From Atractiella rhizophila (lineage: Eukaryota), in assembly GCA_021432655.1 (NCBI GenBank), contig MU271305.1, forward strand, positions 79,727 to 99,726: a DNA stretch of 20,000 nucleotides. Reading direction: 5' to 3'. Position numbers and translations under genes: made by a program. Positions 1 through 8,891 of the stretch are shown piece by piece (position 1 is the stretch's first letter; the number at the start of each line of letters is the position of its first letter). A model generated the notes under the pieces. It was not told the origin of the DNA and ran no database searches. It saw nothing but the letters and a program-made list of their open reading frames with translations.

Positions 1-34
1 GTAATGCAAGCATCTTCCGCTCATTCTCTTCTAG

Positions 35-283
35 ACGACAGCTTGCGGCAATGTGTACAATACCTTGAAAAGGAACAGCAGCTCTTTCTACCTCCTGACT
101 GACCAACTTCGTATCATTCTTGATCAAACATTGTCTCACTTCAGGAATCCTTTAGATGGTTCGGCTCCGGTTCTTGCTTCTTCGTTCGTGCTGTGCATGG
201 ACGCGCTTCTCTTGCTTGCATATATTGGACCAGATCTATGGATATTTCAGCTTGTTCACTTTGATCAGAGGTGTTTTGGATGA
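35..283 (+). CDS. Possible 3'-terminal exon(s) of a gene truncated by the window start
   Basis: Acceptor-like gctcat..tctcttctag ends at 34, followed by an open frame 35-283 with a hydrophobic C-terminal part and then AT-rich 3'UTR-like sequence. No family recognised. Confidence 0.25.
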   Translation, partial: TTACGNVYNTLKRNSSSFYLLTDQLRIILDQTLSHFRNPLDGSAPVLASSFVLCMDALLLLAYIGPDLWIFQLVHFDQRCFG

Positions 284-722
284 TTGGATGTAGCATGAGA
301 ATAATTTGTTTGTGCTCATTCCGTTTTTCTTATATATATTCCATAATTTAATGCTCAATGCAACCTAGTAGTCAAGTTCGTTCAATATTGAATTGAATGG
401 TCACGCCCTAAAGCGAGTCCTCGATGCACAGCGAACTAAACCGGCCAAACATGAAGATCGGTGTTGTCCGACTTTCCTTCCAAGTCATTAATTCCATATT
501 CCAGCAAGCGAGGCAGCAGTGTGAGTGTGAAAGAAGTAGACATCATCAGCAGGCAACTAGACGTTAACGTCGAAGAGAAGCATGACAGCGACAGGGATAG
601 GCAAGCAGCCTCAACTTGATTCTGGGTATGGCTCCTAATATTCCTATGCAGCTTCTACGAACTCTGCAGTGATGCAGGATCCAGAATTGAAAATTTCAAG
701 CTGCATGGCAGCCGCGAAGCGG

Positions 723-1588
723 ATGCAAGTAGAACTAGAGCCAGTTATGAGCTGGCAGCACATTTATAAAACCATGCATGGTCAGTTACTCTTTGTCTTC
801 ATTCATGCATCAGTCGTTGACGTGTCGGCTCTGAAGACTGGTGAGACCTATCCAGTCTTCTAGAGTGCTCTTATTTGCAACTATATGTAGCACCTTAGAG
901 AAACTAGACCGCCATCCTGCTGGTCTGTCCAGTCTGTTCAGCTGCTTTGTAGCTGACAAAGTTGGGAATTGCTACGTGACGATAGCTCAAACTATATATG
1001 AAACTGAGTTTCTCCCTCTTCTTCGACGCGAGTACGGATCGGTGGAGCAGTTTCTCAAGCGTTCGATAACATTCTCCCCGTCACCTACTACGATTCAATC
1101 TCAATTTCGAGCTGAAGGAGCAGTAGAAGGACGCGATTTTATTATCCGTCTTAACGACTGGCCTTATAGCATTCCACGGGACGCCTTGTTGGTGATTTTG
1201 CTACTTTACGCATTACCTCGCCTCATAGTGTGTCAAGGCACTATGTGATCTGGACTCCTCATCGCCTTGCTCCTTCCCCGGACGCTTGTTCTCCGACCAT
1301 TGAACAGGTTCGTCGCGTCGGCATCGCAGGATTCTCTGGATTCACAGAGGCGAGTGGAAACGTCAAGAAAGTGCCAGAGGAAGGCAAGGAGATGGCCGCA
1401 ATGATCAAACGACTGTTCCCTGAGGCGACCTGGGAAGTATGTTGGTGCGTTTCCTAGCTCTCTCTCTTGACCTGCAGTGACTAGAGCTCGGAAAAAGGTT
1501 CTGGAATCCACCCAGCTTGCAGTCTGTCCCCAACGCCGCCCATTTCCACGCTATCGTCAGACGCAAAACAGGCGATGCTGTTAATTGA
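723..1588 (+). CDS. DUF3605 / GIG1 (N-acetylglucosamine-induced protein 1) family protein
   Basis: Exons 723-780, 837-840, 891-922, 986-1187, 1238-1444, 1498-1588 joined by GT-AG introns of 50-63 nt. They give SWQHIYKTMHDCTLEKLDRHP..YGSVEQFL..NDWPYSIPRDALHYVIW..WFWNPPSLQSVPNAAHFHAIVR, matching the family motifs NDWPY, HxVxW and NPxxLQSxxxxxHxH. The start may lie upstream at 672 or 582. Confidence 0.85.
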
Positions 1589-2217
1589 TTCGTGCGGTCA
1601 AGTAAGAAATATCATGCTCAACTGATACTGATGTAGACAAACTGCCGAGCAAGCGTACAAGTATTTTGAACGGACTAGAAAGCAAATATAGAATGGATGA
1701 CGATACGCTCGCGCCGTCTGTGATTGCATAATTTGGAATGGCAACGTATTGGATTTGCGTCGCGCAAACTAGGAAATGTGTACTTTTGACCAAGTCGTTA
1801 GTGAGCGAAGCTCAGTGTTGAAAGCGAAGGTTCCCCGCTGGCTCTGCACGCACCATTGAAGCGGCATAAAATGTTCCTCGTTCTTCACCAAGCGGACCTT
1901 GTTCAGCCTGTTGCAACCCAACTTGTCCTTCCTCTCAGCATCAGCTCAGTTCTCAGGAACCAAGCGCGCATCATCAGGCCCCCGCTGCCTTGAAACAGCC
2001 TGATAGCGACACCAAATATCCCCAGTCGTGCCCTTCACGCTTCAGGTTGTTGGCTACTGTCTGATTAACTTTATCGTCACTCAAATGATAAGGCAAATTA
2101 AGGCAGTTTCCAGTCCAGCAAAAGGTAAATTATGTGGAAGCGTTTATTATTTATCCGCTGCTTGGTCGAATATTGTCACAGTCATGAGGCCGTCGTCGTG
2201 ATGGGTCAAGGGTCAAA

Positions 2218-2339
2218 CTCTTCGATGATGAGAAACAGCCGCCTGTTGATAGAAATTTGAGGAGGTTCACGTTGTCATTAGGCGGATCTAAGAAGCTGGA
2301 AGGGATTGGATCCCTTGCAACGCTGAGAAGAACGAAGAG
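2218..2339 (+). ncRNA. Candidate box C/D-type structured small RNA (unverified)
   Basis: Box C ATGATGA 2225-2231 and box D CTGA 2323-2326, flanked by complementary TCTTC (2219-2223) and GAAGA (2327-2331), with two internal hairpins. No target identified. Confidence 0.3.
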
Positions 2340-2569
2340 ACGAGTGAAAGAAATATATCCCCGTCAATCTGAACGCAGCAAGCAGTTCTGGTGTGTATGG
2401 CGTTATGATGATACATTGATGGGCGACCTCTGAGATAGGATAGATCATCGACAAAACGGCCGGAACACGGTTTTCGAGGCTAAAATTCGAATGATGTTAG
2501 AACAGTGTAAAGTGGAGGCGGGTAAGTTTGGCCGGTGTATAATTTCTTGTCTCCCGCTGAAGGCAGGTT

Positions 2570-2605
2570 TTGGATAAGTTGGATAGTTGAATAGTTGAAT
2601 AGTTG
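2570..2605. repeat. Short degenerate tandem repeat, ~4 copies of TTG(G/A)ATAG
   Basis: TTGGATAAG TTGGATAG TTGAATAG TTGAATAG TTG, read directly. Confidence 0.7.
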
Positions 2606-3111
2606 TTGATCAACTCTAAAAGTATTTATCAACGCGCCGCGCCGTTGAGCTGAAATATTTGAGCTGTTCTCGATCGGTGGTGCTCAATGAGTATCCCCAT
2701 CGGGTCGTGGAAAGCGTCGCCAAAAGCGTTTGTCCTTGTTCGTCGGCGAGCTGAATCGGGGTCGACCAAAATGGCGAAAGTAGCAGCAAGCACTTATCGA
2801 CATCTCCGCCTGTCTCAAATAAGTTGGAACCAAACTCCCTACAACTTTCGAGGTCGAGCTGGAGAGACACCAGAATAGCGCTGTCTTCGCAAGTAAGAGG
2901 GAATAACCCGGACGAGTAGGCTAATTGGTAGTCAAAGCATGATAGAAGGATTGGATTGTTGGAGTTACGTCCAAGTCGCCGAGCACCAATATGGTCGTGA
3001 CGACACCTACTTTCGCCTGGACTTGTATTTTGAGGGAATTTCTGGTCGGAAGAAGATCTGGATCATCAATCTGTACATCACAGCTGCACATCCAAGTGAA
3101 CGGAGAGAGGG

Positions 3112-4758
3112 ATGGGTATGTGCTCTTTGCTTTCATTCAGCTGCGATTCAGTGTTATACGAGGTCATCGAACAAAGGGAGGACTTTCCGAGTGTCAGCCC
3201 TATAGATGCCTCTCACTTTCGAAGGCCACCTCGAAGTCAAAACTCTTCTGATTTCTCAACACACTCGCTCTCGTTGTGCCTGAACCTCCTGGACGCCGCT
3301 GGCCTGTTCTGCGAAGGCGCATACAATTTGCAAATCGCACAACCCAAATCCACCTCGAACATCCTTCTTCAAGCACAACATCGCGTCGTCACGCCGGAAC
3401 CATTCGCAACTTTGGGAATCTTTAGAAGAAAGGGAGGCTTTGCAGCTTGTTCACATGGTAGATCTGTCATTGTTGGCCGAATATGGGAAGACAACGATCC
3501 TTCCAGGCGATTTTGTCCCTCGCTAGACTACGATTGTTTGACAAAAGTCTTTGACTACCTTTCGGGCAGTAATAAGAAAAAAGCGACGCTACGCAGTTGT
3601 TTGTTAGTATCGAAGGAGTGGATGTCGGCAGCTCTACATGCCCTTCAGCATAGTCGTTATCTGGACGAGCACAACTTCCAAACGGGCCGTGATCTGCACG
3701 CTTTCATTCTCGAAAAACGAACACTCAATCCTTCAGCATTGACGAACATCCGCACATTATCCACGGCGGGCATGGGTGACTTGAACACCCTATTCGAAAC
3801 TGACCTCAAGCGATATTCCAAACTCATAATCGGAATCGTCAAAGTACTCGAAAATCTTGGGTCGCTTGGTCTTTGGAACGTTCACGAAAAGCTGTTCCCA
3901 GAACTCGCTGTAGCGTTGGCGCAACTACCACATTTAAAGTCGCTCAGCATATACGGACGTTCACAACACGACAAAGTCCCAAAACACATTTCTAGGTTCC
4001 CACTCACAATATACAGACTTCTTCTTCCGTGCTGGCCGCTCATTAAATCGACATATGTGAATAATCTGACGGATTCTGCTGACCAGGTTCCTAGCGACCT
4101 CGTCGCGAAGATCAAAGCATTACATCGCCAAAAGGCCCTACCAAAGTCACTTCTCGCATCAACCGTCGCCTATGGAAGCTTGACTACGCCATCGAAGATG
4201 CTTGATTTTCCTCTGGCATCGAATCTACAAGACTTGCGATTCCACAAACTGCCTGCGCTCGAATGGGACGACCTCGCTCAGTGCCTCTACGATGTAAGAG
4301 GTAGCTTGAGCTATCTCATCGTTTTTGACTGTCAAATCCAATTCTCCCAGCTTGAAAGTTACCATCCTGAACGGGACGACATCCTGTCACAGATTTATGG
4401 CTGCTTCCGACACCTGCGACGACTCCTAGTCCTGGGACTCGGCGGTTCTGCACTCGCCACGGATCACATTCTTCGGATCGATTTTCCACGCCTATCAGCT
4501 ATTTGCCTGTCCTGGTCAGACTGCCTGACTCCAGAAGCTCTGCTTTTCTACGCTTCATCACGATCGCCTCGATCCACAGCAACGAAACTTATAGCTTCAC
4601 AGGGTTTGTATGGGGACTGGAGTGAGCACAGTTTGATGGAGATGGATGATCTGTGTCGTGCTAACAAAATAGAGTGGTACTACAGCGAGGAGGAAGCAAG
4701 GCGATTGGATGGTGGAATGCTTCCTCTACCTGTTTATTGGAGTGATCGGGAGGGATAA
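3112..4758 (+). CDS. F-box-like protein with degenerate leucine-rich (RNI-like) C-terminal region
   Basis: 548-aa uninterrupted ORF with F-box-like LDYDCLTKVFDYL..TLRSCLLVSKEWMSAALHAL at ~3523-3650, followed by LxxLxL repeats (LENLGSLGL, LPHLKSLSI, LQDLRF, LRRLLVLGL). The true start is probably upstream in additional exons (see findings). Confidence 0.75.
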   Translation: MGMCSLLSFSCDSVLYEVIEQREDFPSVSPIDASHFRRPPRSQNSSDFSTHSLSLCLNLLDAAGLFCEGAYNLQIAQPKSTSNILLQAQHRVVTPEPFATLGIFRRKGGFAACSHGRSVIVGRIWEDNDPSRRFCPSLDYDCLTKVFDYLSGSNKKKATLRSCLLVSKEWMSAALHALQHSRYLDEHNFQTGRDLHAFILEKRTLNPSALTNIRTLSTAGMGDLNTLFETDLKRYSKLIIGIVKVLENLGSLGLWNVHEKLFPELAVALAQLPHLKSLSIYGRSQHDKVPKHISRFPLTIYRLLLPCWPLIKSTYVNNLTDSADQVPSDLVAKIKALHRQKALPKSLLASTVAYGSLTTPSKMLDFPLASNLQDLRFHKLPALEWDDLAQCLYDVRGSLSYLIVFDCQIQFSQLESYHPERDDILSQIYGCFRHLRRLLVLGLGGSALATDHILRIDFPRLSAICLSWSDCLTPEALLFYASSRSPRSTATKLIASQGLYGDWSEHSLMEMDDLCRANKIEWYYSEEEARRLDGGMLPLPVYWSDREG

Positions 4759-5290
4759 ACGAAGGGCAACGTGTGCAAAGTTTTGGGACCCTTAAAATCC
4801 TCTGCTACTCCAATGCAATCGTGTGCCGTTTCAAGAAGGTGACAAACGTATTAATGTCAAGATCAGCAGGAAAGGATGCTTGCAACAGAGCTCGCTATGA
4901 TGTATGATGTAAATGTAAAGAGAGTGATAGCACAGTTCAGCTGCTGGACAACAGCTGATGATGTGTAACAAAGAAAGTGAATCTACAAGGAAGATCATGA
5001 TCACGACTTAGAGAACAAATCGACCCATGAAGCGAAAGGGGGTTCAATACCATGTTCAAACAAAAGCTAACCCTCATTGCACCACCCACACGGGAAGCAA
5101 CACGCACCTTCAAGCCATGAAGAGCATGCAGCACTATCCCAAGCTCCACTCACTGATCCTTACATTCAATCCAATATTTCTAAATTACTCGACTCCCACT
5201 CAGAACGCTCACTCCCTCCAATTCTTCACTCCACTTGCTTGATGGGCGACTCCGACCGCCTTTGTTTTGGTCACCTGACCATTTCATTTG

Positions 5291-5320
5291 ACGCGCTTCA
5301 ACCATCTTGCCAATCGCGAA
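5291..5320 (+). promoter_or_regulatory. MCB/SCB-like CGCG cores just upstream of SPC25
   Basis: ACGCG at 5291-5295 and TCGCGAA at 5314-5320, 10-40 nt before the ATG of a kinetochore gene. Short motifs that could be chance or lie in the 5'UTR. Confidence 0.25.
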
Positions 5321-5329
5321 TAACGAAAT

Positions 5330-6545
5330 ATGGTCCTACGCTCTACTACCCCCAACCGAAAGACTCGCTCTTCCGTCCCCAAACCAGCTACACCCAACGA
5401 TGTCACGAAGTCTTTTGACCTCACCATGGACTCCAGCATCAGAAAGATGAGCCTGCCACTCGGAGACACGTCGGGAAGATCTTCCTTCGGTGGGATGGGA
5501 GGAGGACGGCTTAGCAGTGCCGGTATTGGCTACGGTGGGGTTGGAGGGGAGGTGGAGGACACGGGCATGCCGTTGAGATCATATACGCTTCCAGAGAGGT
5601 TGAAAGGAGACCATGAAGATGAAGATGGCCTTTTGGCGCAAATGCACGAGGATTTGGATGTACGTCTCTGCTTTTTCTTTATTTGTGAGAGGATATTGGG
5701 TGATATTGGCGGGATGAAGGCGTTAGAGGCGCTGGAAGGTCAGATCTCCAAGACCGTCCTTGATAGAAGGAGAGAGCATGAAGCTGCCCTGGCCGAGCTT
5801 GAAGCTTTGAGGATCGACTTGGAAAGTGAGATGAAGGACTCCAAATTGAAGGGAGACGGGATGAAAGATGGTGAGTCTTCTTTGTTCATAAGACTCTAAC
5901 TGACTCTCTCTTTTATGTGCAGTGTTCGCACAGGAAGCGAAGACCATTGCAACGGAGAAGGCGAAGCTTAAAGACCTCAAGTCATCGTACGACGCCAGTG
6001 TGGCACATAATGACACACTGCAGCGAGATCTGAAAGCGTGGACGGAGAAGAAAGAGAAACTTGTTCGAGGTGCGCAGTTCACCTCCTTTCTCACTGCTAT
6101 CTCATCGCAACATGCAGCAAATCTCCAAAGAGACGATGAAATTTCCCGACACTCTATTCGCAATAAGAACGAGTTCGCCTTCCTTGAACAGTACGCAGGA
6201 CTAGAGATCCGTACCATAGAGCGTACATTACAACCTTGTTTTATTGGAAGAAGCTGACATGCGAGGTATAGGCGATTGTATACGGTTTGAGTTCACCCAA
6301 ATCGATCCTTCGAATCACGACCGCCGTTTCATCATCGAACTCGACTTGGGGAGCGAATATCAAAGTATATCACACACTTGTCCTCTTCAACGTGTTGCTG
6401 AGTACATATTTTAGTTCGCTCGCATTCACCAACCCTTGCAACGATGAAAGCGAATCTGGATCAGCTGAACGATGATCGCGACTTCTACGGCTTCCTCGTC
6501 AAGTGCCGAAAACAGTGGAAGGAGAGTGCTTCCCGCAAAGTCTGA
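5330..6545 (+). CDS. SPC25: Kinetochore Ndc80-complex subunit Spc25
   Basis: Exons 5330-5659, 5720-5870, 5923-6069, 6118-6222, 6272-6364, 6415-6545. A coiled coil is followed by the Spc25 RWD-like domain: FLEQYAGLEIRTIERDCIRFEFTQIDPSNHDRRFIIELD..PTL..LDQLNDDRDFYGFLVKCRKQW. Confidence 0.88.
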
Positions 6546-6683
6546 TGACTCTGATCGTGATTGGATCCATGTTCTGCTACTTTCTTGTTTCGTCACTTGT
6601 TGATATTTATCTGGTTGTTCACTTGCATCTTCTCACAATCAGTAATAAAACATGTTTGTAATTCATTGGTATGCCAACAACAT

Positions 6684-8698
6684 TTAGGATGATTTAAGAG
6701 CACGTAAACTTCTCACATAGTCCAACAGGGCTTCATCAAAACCAATACAAACACAGACTGCATAACTCAACCTTTCCTCACAATACCGCGATTCTGTGAC
6801 TTTTTTTCTTTGCCAGTCCTTTTGATGACCATCAAGAAGAACGTCTCCAAGTACATCTCTATCCCCCTCTCTGACATACCCGTGGTTGACTACCTGATAT
6901 ATTCCCACATATTCCCATTCTCCTGTACCCCTCCTTACGAAAACATTCCACTTCATTTGTTTATAATGCGTCTCAAGTTTGGATAGTAACCAATGAGAAA
7001 GCAAGACGAGATGGTCCCCAGGGCGGGAAGGAAGGATATTCATCTGCTCCGTCAAAGAGAGCATTTGTTCATTCCGGCCTCGAATCAACGCATCAGTTAT
7101 AGGATCGCCTCGCACACGTCGTCGCAAAATCTCCATATTCAAAATCCCACCGACGCTTCCCCTGCAACCAGCAGGAAAGCCAAGGAGTCCTCGATTGAAT
7201 ATCAGACGTCCACTACGCATGAAATCTGGTAAATTTTCTCGTCGAATGGGAGGACGGAGACCTGGCCAGTCGGCAACCTGATTTAAAGTAAGATGTGTGG
7301 GTCGAGTGATGGATGGATGCGTTGACAGAACTCGGAGGATTTGTGTGGTTGGGACAGATGAGTATGGAGGGGATGGAGAAAGGGTGGTCCGTTGCCAGAG
7401 TCGGGGCTTCTTCTTCGGCGATACCGATGCATTTGCGACAAACAGCAAAGTAGGGGATCGCGCTCGGCGTTTTCCCTTGGTCGGTGAAGAATTCGAATCA
7501 ACTGTGGAAGGTGTCTCATCCGAATCAGAGATACAGATACGTTCAACCCGCATTACTAACTCCTTCGTCTCCACCGGGCCATTATCCTCCTGATCAGAGT
7601 CAGGAATGACGATAACCTGAGTATTTTGAGGGCTATTGTGAGAATTAGGAACTAAATTCGATGACCCCGTTGGCGAAATGATAGGTTTCCGAGGTCTGGA
7701 AGCTGTGGACGGCGTGGTCAGGCGAATAGACGAAGGATTTGTGGCAGGGCTACTATGAGCATTAGGGACAAAATTGGCTGACTCTGTTGGTACAATGATG
7801 CGTTTTCGAGAGCTGGAAGAAACAGGAGACGGCGTGATTGGGTGGTCGAGCGAGTGTTTTCTTTTTCTGCGAGGGCTGGTAAGAGGAGTGGGAAACATAG
7901 CAGAATTCGTCGGGGGCTCTGGAGCGGTGGACGGGCCAGGAGACGGTGTGGTCTGGCCATAGGAAGAGGGGCTTGGTCGGGTAGCATCGATGGCTGCTAG
8001 CTCGGAAGTAGGAGTCGAGGTGGACTGGCCTGATGAAGCAGCGGATGGTTGTGACTTTGCCGAGGAAGGGGACGAATGAGAAAGCTTCGTGCTTCCATGC
8101 GACGTTGGTAATCTTACAGCTTGTGAGAGTGTGGGAGCTTCGGTTTCATCTTTGGAGATGAAATCTTGCCTAACCAGACGCACTCAGCACAATCGTTCCC
8201 TTGTCTAGGAAATCACCCACACTTTCTGCAAGGCATCGTGGATGCCCAGCAACCAGCCAGTCAGCTCCACCAAGTCTTCTTTGTCTTCTCTCTCCAAACA
8301 AGCTTCTATGCACTCTAATGCAACGCTACAAGGGGAGACTTCACGCTTGATCCCTGCCGTTGACCAGAGGCAACGACTCACCTGACTTCGATCCTCGTCC
8401 CAAAGCCTCCTCTAAAGTGGCCTCTGACAAGGTCCTGCCACATCGCACATCCAAAGTGTTCTCTCAACGCGAGTCTCAGTGCGAGTAGCGAATGATCCTG
8501 CTCTGAGAGGAAAGCGTTCAAAGCAGAGAGGTTGGACGGGCAGCATGGGAAGAGCAGACGGGGCAGCTTGGAGATGATGGAACGACATTCGTCTACCAAA
8601 GCTGAGCTGCTGGACCCTTTAGACAGCATTCTAATGTCTATCGAACTCAAGAGTCCAAAAGAGAGATCAGTGCGATCCCGATCTGAAACGCTGTGCAT
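6684..8698 (-). CDS. Uncharacterised protein: helical N-domain, long S/T/P-rich linker with basic NLS-like motifs, C-terminal DUF6697-like domain
   Basis: Exons ~8698 (or 8629)-8382, 8325-8221, 8169-6684; introns 8381-8326 (gtgagt..tag) and 8220-8170 (gtgggt..tag) keep the frame. C-terminal P.RPGDHLVLL..NVFVRRGTGEWEYVGIY..CIGFDEALLDY resembles fungal DUF6697. Start codon uncertain. Confidence 0.72.
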
Positions 8699-8891
8699 CA
8701 CGTACTTCGCGTACTTCACACCAAAGATGGAACATGTAAACGAAAACCATTTCACATTTGATAAGCTGCACAACCAGGCAGCAAAACGGCAAGAAAAGCG
8801 AAACACTGTACAGCTGCTTATTTACAAACCCTCCGTGAAGGCCATCTACGCATTTAAATGTCCCGTTAATCCATTCGCCATCGCAGCTGAA

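Noticed and set aside
2160..2340. U3 snoRNA
   Set aside because: No box A (GGATCATTTC-like) or box B motif around the C/D-like element.
2405..2433. Second C/D pair (ATGATGA..CTGA)
   Set aside because: Only 29 nt long with no terminal stem; too short for a snoRNA.
5067..5076. Telomerase RNA template-like CTAACCCTCA
   Set aside because: Only 8 nt match the TTAGGG repeat, the intergenic space is short, and I saw no supporting pseudoknot or other element.
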